From Sphaerodactylus townsendi (lineage: Eukaryota), in assembly GCF_021028975.2 (NCBI RefSeq), contig NC_059430.1, forward strand, positions 78,430,001-78,494,000: 64,000 nt of DNA, written 5' to 3'. Below are positions 49,601 to 61,177 of this stretch, one piece after another. The translations under genes were made by a program, and so were the position numbers. Position 1 is the first letter of the stretch. Each line of letters begins with the position of its first letter. Below the pieces are notes generated by a model. The model was not told the DNA's origin. It did not search any database and saw nothing but the letters and a program-made list of their open reading frames with translations.

Positions 49601-52600
49601 CCTTTCACGATTCATTATGTGTAGTCTGTCTACTCCCTTACACAAAGAATCATGCTTGCAAGGTTTATTATGATGGAATTCACACCCCTGTCTGCCTCAT
49701 CCCCTCCCAACATTCTGTAATTTTCCCCATAAGATTTCCCAAAATGATTTTCATCTATTAGAAGTGAACTGTGACTTATTTATTTATTTTATACCCCACC
49801 TCATACTAGTGTCCTTAGGCAGCTTACAAAGGTTTAAAAATGATAAAAACATCATGAATAAAATATAACAATTAAAACAACCACATTAAATAACCCCCAC
49901 CCCAACCCCTCAGACCAGTTGTAGAAGAGGTTTCCAGGGAGGCTAACCAAATGCCTGGGTGAAGAGAAAGGTCTTTGCTTCAGAATCTCTGAGGGAAGAC
50001 TATTCCAGAGCCTAGGGGCAATCACAGAAAAAGCCACCCCCATGTGCCCAGGCTGGTACATGCAGGTACAGGCACTCCTTCAGGCAGGCAGGGCCCAAGC
50101 TCACAAAAGTTAACATTGGAATTTAGTCTCTAAAGAGCCATTGGTCTTTTGTTTTATGTAATGGTAGAGCATCTACTTTGAATGTAGAATGTCCCAGTTT
50201 CAGTCCCTGGCAACTCCCAATTAAAAGAATCAGGTAGTGGGTGATGGAAAATCCCTTGGAGAGTGGCTGCCGGAGTAACACTGCTGACCATTATAGACCA
50301 ATTGTCTGTCCAATAAGGCAGTTTCTTGTGTTACACAGGTCAGGCTTATTGAGACGATGAATCCTCGGTTTGTTTTCAATTTTCTAGGGTCAGATGAGTG
50401 CTACACCAGAATGTTTTGCCCATCTTACTCATTTCTTAATGCATTTAGCAAAAGGAAAATTGTGTGTGGTCCTTGAGGTAAGCTTTTTCAATATAATGAT
50501 TCTCTACATACTCCTTTCCTACACTGTTTTCTTCTTCGTCAGTACACATTGGCATTCACCACATTTGAGATGTTCACATTTGAACATGCTAATTAACCTG
50601 GTTTCTAGAGTTCCATCAAACTTTTATGTCATTGTTAGAAACAGTTCAGAGGAATGACATGCTCATGAGGGGATAAGGGCTATGTAGAAACAGCTGGCTC
50701 AGTTAACAGGGACTTGCTTTGAGTTTTACAGGGCAAATTAAATCAGCTTGACTGTAGGACATATGGTTGGAGGGGACAAAGATTGTGTCTTGGTCCAGAA
50801 ACTGGGTTATAAGTTTTTTGTTTCAGCTTTTCTCAGTGGTCATCTCAACTTCTGTATAGTACAATAAATGTTGTCTGAAGGAACAGCATTGCAGTGTAAG
50901 CAAATACTGTTTTCTAACCCTGGCTACCTCACAAGCCATTGGGTACATGACTAGGCCTTCCTGAGGGTGGCATTAGTTTCTGCACAGCCAGTCCTTACCA
51001 TAAATTGTTGTGGTTGTCTCTTGGAAGCTTTGTGAATAGTTCTTGTTTGTTATATAGTACTCAAGTCATTGCCTACTGCAGTATTCATGCTGGAATTTAT
51101 TGTGTTTGGAATGCGGTCTTATGCTTTGTGTCTAAATGAATAAATGTTTGCTCCCACAGGGTGGATATCATTTGCGGTCACTGTCTGAATCTGTATGCAT
51201 GACTATAAAAACTTTACTTGGGGATCCTTTACCCCCTTTGTCTGGAGAAATGAAACCATGCTTCAGGTATCCGTGTGTGTATGAACATAACTGTGTGTAT
51301 ATGGCTACAAATCAAACAATGTTAAGCGTTTTAAAGACCCTATTGATCTGTTAGGAAACTGACCATATTCTATTATAATTATAAAGATTATTTTTGACTG
51401 TATCATAGCCAGTGTTGATATACCAAAGTTTCTGGTGCGTGAAGGACACTAGTAGTATATTTGGAATCAATATGCTGTTTAGTAAATGTCTGATTCTTCG
51501 TTTTATGGCCTTAAATGCATAAATCAAACTTCTCCAAAATGTAAGGGGCAAAACAGAAATCAAATTTTACCCTGAATGAGATTGTATAGTAGTTAGAGAA
51601 TTGAGCTAGGATCTTGGAGACCCAAGATCAAATCCCCACTCTACCATGGAAGCTTGATCTTGGACCAGTAACACCCTCTTGGCCTAACATACTTCATAGG
51701 GATATTGTGAGGATAAAATGGAGAAGGAAAAAATGTTGTAAACCACTTTGGGTCCCCACTGGGGATAAAGGCAGGGACAAATGAAGTAAATAAATAGGGG
51801 TGTTCATATATTTCCCACTGCGTCTGTAGCACATGGTGTTAGGAGTTCTGTCATCTTTGTGTGGATTATAGTAATGATTTGTTTTTATTCTGTTCTTTAT
51901 TCATGGAGTTCAGGACAGCATTCCCCCCTTCCTTTAACCTTACACCAACTGCTTAAAATATGCTAGGCTGGTTCAAGGTCACCCAACAGATTTGTTTGTT
52001 CAGGGGTTTGAACCAGGATCTTTCTTTCTAAATCCAGCATGCAAGCTACACTGGCCGTCAGGATCAGGCTGGGGCATAAGAAACAAAGGGACCTCTGTTA
52101 TATTTATGAGTAAGTAGGGCTGCCTGGTCAATGACTGGCTTAAGGTCGCCTGGTAAATTTAATGGAAAGCATTGATTGGAACCTGAGTCCTAAGATTTTA
52201 GCCATGGATTCTAACCACAACATCACAGTGGATCTCAGTTATCATTTTATTCCATTGTTAGGATGACACAAACTCTTGTAAGATACAAAATTCACTGCCT
52301 TAGGAGTGCTTAGTGTGCTTAGTATTTGTGTGCTTAGTAGTTTTAGCACACAATTCTAAAATAGAATGAAAATATGGGAAGAGTTTGAGATCTCAGAAAA
52401 AAAAGGAGCACTGGCCAGGTATCTTCAGCAGTTTCCCACCTCTCACCATTTTCTGTTCCCATGTACTCCCCACATCTGTTACTTTCTTCTTTTGCACTCC
52501 TTCAAACTTTGTGCAAACTGACTTTTTTGCTCGTTATCATTGGTATGTAGTTTTGAGCACTGCTCAAAAGTATGCCAAGTACAGTTTTTGTTGTTTTGTA

Positions 52601-55600
52601 GTAGACAATACTTGGTTAATTTGCTGGAAAATGTATTTTGGTACCTGTAATCATCCTCAAGTATAACTTGTTCAGTGTGATCTAACTCCATGATTGTAGG
52701 AAGCACAGTCCTATGTTTGGCTGTCGTACCAAATCCTGTGGATTCATTCTCCTTGTCTGGGGGTGCTAGGCTATATATAGTGCCATCCTACACCATTTTA
52801 CATCCATAGATGTCAAGGGGCTTAGAAATATGTAATTCTACTTAGAATACAATTGTTAGTTAATATAGTCCACATAAAACAAAGCCACACCACTAGCACT
52901 GCAGTGTTCAAATCTTTCAAACTGCATTTACAAATCAAGTAACACCAAAGTGCTAATCTCTGGGCACTTATACAATAGGTTAGTAATCTGTATTGTTAAA
53001 TCTTAGCAGATCCTTACTATGTTGGGTTTTTCTCAACAATGTAGAGATCAGGTAGCATTTTAAAAATGAATAACCTGTTTTGTACTTTCTTTTGCAGTGC
53101 GATAGAGTCCATGCACAACGTTAGAGCTGCACATCAGTCATACTGGAAATGTTTGTCGTATGAAGGTACTATAATCTTCCACTATGATCAATGGGTGAAT
53201 CTAAATACCTTCACTGGAGGCTTCTTCCAATTGAAGTGTCTTGTCCTTTGTTGGAGCTAGAACAGGGGTAGGGAACCTGCGGCTCTCCAGATGTTCAGAA
53301 ACTACAATTCCCATCAGCCCCTGTCAGCATGGCCAATTGGCCATGCTGGCAGGGGCTGATGGGAATTGTAGTTCCTGAACATCTGGAGAGCCGCAGGTTC
53401 CCTACCCCTGAGCTAGAACTTCCTTGCTCTCCCTTTATACTGTAGCACAGTTGTACCTGGAAAACCCATTTCTAAGGTCTGACTTTTGGGAATGGTGGAA
53501 TGCAGCACAGGAAACTGCCATGGGCTAGAGAGAACTGTGAAAATATATTTGTCCCCCATGTGCCTTGCACAAGCAATAGCTCCTTTCATTTATGCAGGGT
53601 TGGTTTAGGTCAAAACTCAATACAATGCGAGTTTTTTAAAAATCTCATTGAAATTATACATGACACATGTTTGAATGCAGTAGTAAATATAATTACTTGT
53701 GTGAGCAGAATTGTGGAAGACCTGGGGTCTCCAAACCTTTTGATCCTGCAGAGACCTTTGGAATTTTGAGAGGGAGTGGAGTGACACACCCCAAAATGAT
53801 TGCAACAGGAGATGGAGTCAGATCCCAAATGGATTCTGAAGGAGCTGAAGCCAAATGGAATGCCTCTCTCCTTACACTTCTTGGAAAAAGGAACATCTGA
53901 AGAGGGATGGTCCTCCTGATCCTCCAATGAAAACCCTTTCCTGTGAGGACAGCCAATAACAAGACCTACTGCACAATGGCCCTGCCCACTTTATGAAAAA
54001 ACTTGTCAGATACCAAGGGAGCACTGGTAGATGTGTCATAAGGCCATGTTGGGGAATACTGTACAAGATAAATGCCACTTACCCTCTGTCATTGCTGCTT
54101 TCAATCCCTGCCAAACTGTGCTTAAGAGTGTCAGTGATTCTGAAGGAACAGTGCAGGGAACAAATTGAGAGTCTTCAGGAAGAATAGTAATTGGCAAAAA
54201 AATTCCCTCCCTTCCTTTACATCTGGAAAAAGCCATGCCTGCCTGGGGATCCAGCTTTCAGTTTTCCCACAAGTTGTGTTTTGTGTTTTCCAAAGATGTA
54301 TTTTGTGGTGTTGTTCTCAGATCTGACTCCCTTGAAAAATCTCAGCACCAAATTGTGCCAGTTGGAGCAAGTTCAAACTGGTGTACCACTTGTGGATCCG
54401 CAGGAAGCTGGAAAGGCAAACAATGATGAAGCCACCAAAACAGATACGTTTTTGGAACTGCATATGAAAGATATTCTGTCTCTGGAACCTCCTGCAAGAA
54501 CATCAGTAGCTGTTGCTGAAAGTAATGTTGACCTCGATAATGGGGACATCGATGAGCTGAATGCCATAGTCCGGTTAGCCACACTTTTGTCTGTTTTACA
54601 ACTGGGTAGAACATGAAGGATCAACCTGAAACCCTTTTACATACCACTGATTCCCGTGATCCACTGAAGTACGTGTTCAACTCTCTGTCTTGCTGGAATC
54701 AGTGGAGCTAAAAAGTGTTTATGAATTTATATCCTGCACCATCTCTCCTCAGGGGACTCAGTGTGGTTTAAACTGTAGTTGGTCATAACAGCCATTTGAA
54801 CCTCCAATTTGTATCACCCAGTTAATGTGAAGCCTCTTCTTTTAAACCTTTGATTGTGTTCAGAAAAAGTTACAGCGAAACACCAAGTGTAAATTGAAAC
54901 GAATTATAATTTCCCACCAAAGATCGGAGCATTCTCACACAAATTAGTCTTGGTGTGTCGAAGTATAAATGTCAGTATATCTTCAAGGAGGTTTTATATG
55001 CATAGTTCATAGTTGTTATTTGTATCCCATTTTTATTCCATCAGAGAATTCAAGGCACCATATGTAGACCTCTCCCATCAAGGCACTAACCAGCCCCAGC
55101 CTTGCTTGGGTTCAGCTTCATGTAACTTTATAACATATGAATACCAATAAATTTTATCATTGGTAGTTCTGGTGACAAATAAAACTAAACAAGTAGGCTA
55201 TATTGTTTATATTTTAATAAGACAAACTGCCTTTTTCTTGTATATAATACCCAGATTATTTCATACCACTGAGCTTTTGTAGACAATCCTATTTTAGTAT
55301 TTTTTTTAAAAAAGCAATGAACAATAATGTCCAGACTGCATCATTGTATTCAAAAGTGGTTATTTATTTATAAGGAGAATGTATATTTTGCTTCTCCACA
55401 GATCTAGTCAAAGCAGGTCTCAAGTATAAATGAGACCATAAAATCATTACAAGAACAACATAAATTATCAATATTAAAATCCAGCCAAGGGCATAAAAAC
55501 AGCATAATACAACCTTTGGGCAGGCTAAAAATAATCCATAAATCCTTGCTTAGGCTGTGTGCGTTCAGCATATTGGTGATACCCCACTCTACAACCACAG

Positions 55601-58600
55601 GGTAGACCTCTCTGTTCCACCACCTGTGGGTTATTACTCTGAAGCTCCTGGTCCTCTTTCCCCTAGCCTGAGATTCTGATCCTGAATATGAACCTTGACT
55701 AGACAGAAGCGTTTGAGGAGAAGGACTGCAAGGAAGTAAGCCATCAAATGTTGACTGTTTAGCCACCAATTGACTATATAACCCTTCCTTCTGAAATCAG
55801 ACCCTAACACTTTCCTGCTTTCTGTGCCTCTGTCCTGTCTAGTGTGGTCTGATCAAGCACCATTCTTCATGCAATAAAAGTAATCTTTTAAAAAAACGCA
55901 ACCCAAAACCTGAAATAGCACACAGCAGGTATTCAGAAGGTTCCAGTTCGATTGCTGACATCTCCAGTTAAAAGGATCAGGTGGTAGATGATGTGAAAGA
56001 CCTCAGCTTGAACAGCTGCTGCCAGTTTGAATAGGCAGTACTGGCCTTGATGGACTCTGGATGGACCAAGAGTAACTCAGTATAGAGCAGATTCATATGA
56101 AAATGGTTGTGAGAACTTCTTTTCCAAATGTGCTAGTTCTCTATTTTCAGACAGTTGTGTAATCAGGAGAGTATTCAAACATGGTATCACCCACTGATAG
56201 ACTTAGGTGATATAATCTATTATTTTGCCTTAATCAGCTTGTACAGGCTGGTCTGTTCTCTATCTCTGCTTATTCTCAGAAAGGCTTAACTTTTTTGACA
56301 GTTCTTTACTGAGAAAAGGTCCCAAGCTGCTTATGACACCTTTGCCTTGTGGGACGTTGCTGGCTATTATGAAGTTCATCCACAATTTCTGCTGCCATGA
56401 AATGTCTCAGTCAGTTAATGCTGAAGCAAAGAAAGTGGATATAAAAGGCAGACCTGCTGTGACCTCTGTGAACTTGTCTGGATTACTTAATTTTTTTCTT
56501 GCTTTGTAAAATGGGCAATAGTAATAGTTCACATTCTATAAGTGAAGTTTTGTGTGTTGATCAGCATGCACAGCTGTTTCAGTCCTTCAAATTTGCAACC
56601 TTTTTTAAAAAATGTATTTTTCAGTGAGTTTGCTGGTGGGTTTGTAAAAGAAGAAAAAGACTTAAATGCGCTGAGGAACATGTTGGCTATCCTTGAAAAA
56701 ATAGTCAAAAAGAAGGTAATGAGTAGTACATCCTTTTTAAAAAAATCCTTCTTCAATTGTAGACTCTGAGCAATTATTGCAACTTTTCTATTATTTTTAG
56801 AGATGCTGTAGATAAGCAGCTGTTCACAGTTACAGCTGATAGTTGTCCGTAGATTAAAGACAAGAGAAGACCCTTCACCACACCACTGCCTTTCTTAATC
56901 GGGTTCACTGATTTGACATATTTGGAATTTAAATGTATAATCATGGCTGCATCAAGCCTTGTGTGCCAAGGATAGTGGAAAATAACATACCACATCTGTA
57001 CCTGACCTAGGCATAATATATGTTTCAAAAGACCTTGCTTTGATACAACAGTACTATATTTGCACCATAAGCATTGTGTTGGCCATCCCTCATTCTTTGT
57101 TTCAACTATCTGTTAATAATGAAAGTTATTGCTTATGTCTCAGTTTCTATAACTTTTGGGCATATCATAACAACCTTGTGAGGTAGGTTATGCTGAGAGT
57201 GTGCGACTACCCGGTGAAATTCCATGGCAGAGATTCCATAGGGATTTGAATCTATATCCTAGTCCAACACTCTAACCACTATTTTCTCTTCCAATGGTTG
57301 AAGTCAAGGCATCAACATTCTGTTGATTAACTGTTTTATTTTTGATTTTCAGGTGACCAGTGGGCTTGTAGTATCTCGAGAAACTTCAGTTTCTTCTGCT
57401 CTTGCTCTAAAATACTGCCATAACCAGAGGCTCCAAAAGTGGGTAAAGGTGCTGTTTTTGTACAGTTAATGTGGTGCAATTACCGTAAAAAAGCCACCTC
57501 TTTAAATTTCTGCTTATTATGAATATTAGAATACTGTACAGTGGTGCTTGCTGCTGTTTTGGGGATCAGTCTTGACAGTGTTTAAAAGTTGTAGCTACTT
57601 TGTAGTATGTGTTTCCAATATGGGTACTGAAAAAGTTTCAGAACAATCCATCCTTTATTTGCAACTCTATTTTGGGTAGATGGGCCTCAGAGATGAGAAC
57701 AGATGGGGGGGGGGCGAAACAATTTTGCTCCTTTACAGTATGTGAAGAGCCTTGACAAAAATACATGACTCACAGTGCAACCATTCAGGATGGCCATGGA
57801 TTTGAGAACATTGTCTCAGTGGTCGTAATCCTGAGATTTGGTCGTAATCCTGAGATTTGAAAGCACATCTTCAGAGAAATGTCTCTAGTGTGTAAAAACA
57901 ACTGGTATCCCTGCAACTTGGGAGAGAAGAGAGGGGTCATTTATTTCTGTGCTATATTTGTTTGGTTCCTTTTTTTCTGCAGCCTACTATGCCACTCTTT
58001 ACTCAGATCTTATGGGAAGATTTTGTGTTTGTCCTCACGCTAATTTCTATCGACATGCTATATATTTTTATTGTACTGTTGAAAAGCAAGTTATACATTG
58101 TCAAATGCATCAAATTTTATAATATTGGCAACATTTGCCCCATAGAGTCCTGTGCATATTTATTGGTGAAATGGATATGAACATTGATTTGGATGATGGG
58201 TAAGCATTTTGGCCTTCTCTCCCCCCTCATACACACTTTACATTTGCAATCTACAAACCATTTAATCAAAAGCTATGTTGTGGATGTAATGGAAGAAAGA
58301 GACCTATTATTAGAGCTGTAATCCTGTGTCCACTTGCTCAAGAGTAAGCAAAATCAGCAGGACTTACTTTTGGGTATGTGCAGGATTGAGCTGCAAATCT
58401 GTTTTTCTGTTGTCTAAGCAACTACTTTCCATCAGTGCCAACTGAAGCAATGCTCTAAGCCCACTGCTTTCAATGGACGTAATTGTATGATGTATTATGA
58501 AAACATGCTTATAAGGAATGATCCTGTTGGCTGTCCAGTTTTGTTGTGGCAGTTTCTCCAGGCTCTTCTGCATCTCTTCCCCAAATGTGTAACTTATCCA

Positions 58601-61004
58601 ATCTGTTTACTGTCATTTCTTTAAGATTTGTTTCACATGTAAGCATTTTTAGTTTCTCCTATATAATTCCCACAACAGTCTGGTTGGTGATTCTTTCATG
58701 CATGCAGTATTTCTGTTGCCTACAGCAGAAACCATTTTTGTTAAAATCATTTAGAGTAATGTTTTCATTATAAATTTCAGCATTTTGAAATACTACTTTT
58801 ATTTGCAGAAAAGTCCTCTTGATCAATATTTGTGGTAAACAATCTGAGCAAGCTAACACAAAATACAATATTTCTCTAAACTGGAAGGAGGTAAGCTACT
58901 GTAAGGGGGTTGCTGCCTTGGCTAGCGAGCCTGCAGTGAGCTTGCCTGTCGAGATCAGGACTGGAGAGGGGGAGTGGCCTTGGCAGGTTCAGCAATGGGG
59001 GGAAGGGATTCCCTTGCGAGTTTTGTGGGTCCTCACTTATAAAATATAACACTCATTTGATGTTAATTGATACGCGATTGATGCATTTTATGTTGGGATG
59101 GGGGAAGTAGCAAGGGGTTATTTTGTACAAGAGTCTCAGAATTTAGAAGTGGGTTCCATTTCAAAAAGCTAGTGAACCACTATATTAAATGGTTACAAAA
59201 TGTATATTTTCCTTTTTAAAATGTATTTTATAGGAAAAAAGACAACACTGATTATTTTCATTAACTTTATACAACTACTTTTTGAATTTCTTCTTGAAGG
59301 ATGCTGAAGGAAACACTTTCTCCTCTGTTCTGTTTGGATTCATCCTTCCAGTAGTATACAGCTATCAGCCTGACCTAATGGTTTTAGTGGTTGGATCAAA
59401 CCAGACCTTTGGCACAAATGGGATTTTGTTGCTTATTAGCTTACTGCATGGGTTAGCACAGTCTCGAATTTTTGCTCTGATCCAGGTAAGGCATTGTCTG
59501 GTGATAAAATTAAGATAGTGATTTAAAACACATATTAAGGTGAAAAATCTTGAGAGAATGGATCCCTAGTGAGAAAAGGGCTTAATTTTTCATATCCTTT
59601 GAGTCTGCAAAAAGTTGGATGCCTCAAAGATATTGTTTTGTTATTTATCCCACTTACCTGCTAACACTGGAAAACCTTATTTTTGTGTTCAGAAATCTGG
59701 ATAGGGAGATAGCACTGCTTTGTTTCTGAACCATCTCTGCCTGTCTCTTGACTGAGGTCTGATTAGCATACATATGGGTAGAACTCAAGGTGCTGGGTAG
59801 GCCAGGGGTCTTCAGGAGTGGCTGCCTGCTGAACCAGTTACTGAGTAGGGAAGGCTGCAAATGTGGGTCAGCCATCTGTTGTGGTTTCTCTAGCTTTGGA
59901 TCTCCTGCATTGGGTGGGATACCCGACTGGTTGACCTGTAAGACCCCTTCCAGGTCTAGGACTCTGTAGTTGCTGAGACACTAGACTCATGTGTCCCATA
60001 TACTGCAACACAATTACCAGATGGTATTTTGGATAGCATATCTTATTTTGTTGAAGCTCATCTGTTTTGAGCCGTTGTGTTATACAGTTGCTCTGATTTT
60101 TGGAAGGATACAGAGGTACAACTTTTGGAAGATATATCTAAACTGTTGATGGGCGACATTTCACCCTGCTTTGGAACCTATACACCAGCTTCCCAAGAAA
60201 AAATACAAATGATAAAAAAATTAAGAGAGCAACTTCAACAAGAATGGGAAATGCTTCAGTGTTCAGGCAAGTAATCAGATACTATTAATTATAAAAAGGG
60301 TTTTCAAATATATAATCCTACTATTCAACATAATTCAGTCACCGTTGCAAGACTGAGGCCCCTTCCGGACAGCAAATGTGTAACAGGTTGCCTTCAGGAT
60401 GAAGGAACCTATTTTCCTGTTTTTGCATTCACATGCATCTGTGCAGGCATTGATTGGAGCCCATGGAAATAATCCGGATTGCTGTTGTGCCTTTGCAGAG
60501 ATGCATCTATTTTTTTAAATTACTTCCCGCCCATGCATAGCTATATAGGGATGCACAAATGAATCCCCAGAGCCATGCCAATGTCCCATGATACGACCAT
60601 CTGTACCTGCGTAGCTGTGTAGCTATGCAGATGCAACCCACAAAATAAAAAAGGAACACAGAGACAAATAAAGCACCTCCTGCCCAGCCATTTGCTTGCT
60701 GCAACCCAAGATTTTTTAAAAGACTTGCTTGTTTAGCAATTCTCAAAAAATCCAGGTTGGGGGAAGTAACATGGGGCAGACTTGTTTTGGGAGCAGGATC
60801 TGTGCAAAGTCCCTCCCCGCAAAAAATGGGGTTTTTAGTGTCCTACACCCATCTTTATTGGCCCGTGCAGAACGGGCCTTAGTTACCTTTCACTGTAGAT
60901 TTAGACAGTAGATGAGATGTCTGGAGTTTTATGTATCAGAAAGTTTGACTAATTTTATTTTATTTTCTCCTTGTGTAGTAAAAGTCCCTGTGACTGAAAA
61001 ATGA
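36875..61004 (+). CDS. HDAC10: Histone deacetylase 10 (polyamine deacetylase), 674 aa, 20 coding exons
   Basis: Exons 36875-36939, 38926-39060, 41482-41578, 43797-43894, 43985-44089, 44174-44242, 46036-46162, 48204-48269, 49130-49189, 50388-50477, 51160-51266, 53098-53165, 54321-54573, 56625-56715, 57353-57438, 58146-58199, 58809-58890, 59300-59485, 60107-60266, 60979-61004; phase-compatible, 2025 nt. Motifs [42 protein letters not shown] (gatekeeper Glu), LEGGY; C-terminal pseudo-deacetylase domain (YSYQPDL, WEMLQC). The last exon is the least certain. Confidence 0.95.
37576..37618 (-). ncRNA. Minimal type I hammerhead ribozyme (Penelope-associated), core intact
   Basis: Minus strand reads UCCU CUGAAGA U GCCAGC CACAGAU GCAGGC GAAA C GUC AGGA: stem I UCCU/AGGA, core CUGANGA and GAAA, stem II GCCAGC/GCAGGC, palindromic stem III ACGU, GUC triplet. 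Confidence 0.75.
38112..38154 (+). ncRNA. Hammerhead ribozyme copy with core mutation (probably inactive)
   Basis: UCCU CUGAAAA ... GAAAUGUC AGGA; G8 changed to A at 38121 and stem III C changed to U. Confidence 0.6.
38398..38597 (-). mobile_element. 5S rRNA-derived SINE with RTE-like tail
   Basis: Reverse complement of about 38500-38590 reads AATCTCATCAGATCTCAGCAGCTAAACCGGGTTGACACTGGTTAGTATTTGAATGGGAGACTACC, similar to 5S rRNA, followed by a GAGGAAGGCACTGGCAAAC...GTCAGTTGCAACCTGACGGCAC tail. Confidence 0.7.
39362..40270 (+). mobile_element. CR1 LINE, 5'-truncated (ORF2 C-terminus and 3' UTR)
   Basis: [12 protein letters not shown]...ERDLG...[23 protein letters not shown]...[10 protein letters not shown]...[10 protein letters not shown]; one frameshift near 39860, then [14 protein letters not shown]; ends (TTCTTATG)n. 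Possible TSD ACATCTC(C/T)TGC at 39351 and 40275. Confidence 0.93.
40610..41268 (-). mobile_element. Truncated non-autonomous hAT element (family of 17891-18981)
   Basis: Right end GTTACGCCCCTG is the reverse complement of the family terminus CAGGGGCGTA...GGCAAACT.GAGCCCTG.GCAAAACCTGAG; internal CCATAACTTTG...CTGAACCAAACTGCACCAAAC units. Confidence 0.75.
44750..44920 (+). mobile_element. Non-LTR retrotransposon C-terminal fragment (RTEX-like, tentative)
   Basis: [31 protein letters not shown]...[13 protein letters not shown] resembles the region leading into a LINE CCHC knuckle. Confidence 0.5.
46271..46739. mobile_element. Non-autonomous hAT element inserted in an older CR1-like fragment
   Basis: Termini CAGAGGCGTAGCT / AGCTTTGCTACTG; perfect 8-bp TSD TGGTCAAC (46263-46270, 46740-46747); internal inverted repeat about 46376-46590; (TG)n 46592-46642. 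Confidence 0.85.
47276..47472 (-). mobile_element. CR1 3' UTR fragment
   Basis: Starts (CATAAGAA)2; reverse complement of about 40065-40268. Confidence 0.9.
49780..50060 (-). mobile_element. L2 LINE 3' fragment
   Basis: Minus-strand peptide [17 protein letters not shown] (L2 ORF2 C-terminal motif) and (TTTA)n tail at about 49776-49790. Confidence 0.7.
50155..50335 (+). mobile_element. Squam2-like tRNA-derived SINE
   Basis: TGGTAGAGCATCT...GTCCCAG.TTCA.TCCCTGGCA...AAAAG.ATCAGGTAG; related copies at about 55920-56095 (+) and 61410-61610 (-). Confidence 0.6.
51585..51795 (+). mobile_element. tRNA/L2-tail SINE
   Basis: GTATAGTAGTTAGAG...CTAGGATC...TCAAATCCCCACTCT.CCATGGAAGCTT...AATGAAGTAAATAAATA. 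Confidence 0.6.
53263..53410. mobile_element. Fully palindromic hAT MITE (148 bp)
   Basis: CAGGGGTAGGGAACCTGCGGCTCTCCAGATGTTC...GGCCAATTGGCC...GAACATCTGGAGAGCCGCAGGTTCCCTACCCCTG; perfect 8-bp TSD AGCTAGAA (53255-53262, 53411-53418). Confidence 0.95.
60357..60878. mobile_element. PIF/Harbinger-like non-autonomous element in the last HDAC10 intron
   Basis: Termini GGCCCCTTCCGGAC / GTGCAGAACGGGCC resemble the TIRs of 13555-14002; flanks TGA/TTA. Confidence 0.55.
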
Positions 61005-61171
61005 AATTGCTTGGCTGCCATTTTGGTAATTTCCTTCTACCTAGAACTAATCAACAGTATCACATCAATCCTTATAATATGCAAATTGTCATACAAAGAA
61101 AAACCATAATTGAGATCAACTGCAATTCAGCTGCGTGCATAGATCAAGAAGACCTGAACGATAAAAAAAAG

Positions 61172-61177
61172 AATAAA
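61172..61177 (+). terminator. HDAC10: Candidate HDAC10 poly(A) signal
   Basis: AATAAA about 170 nt after the predicted stop at 61004. Confidence 0.45.

Noticed and set aside
25057-57860. Short tandem duplications at about 25057-25122, 48906-48962 and 57821-57860
   Set aside because: Two-copy slippage or repair duplications in introns with no further structure.
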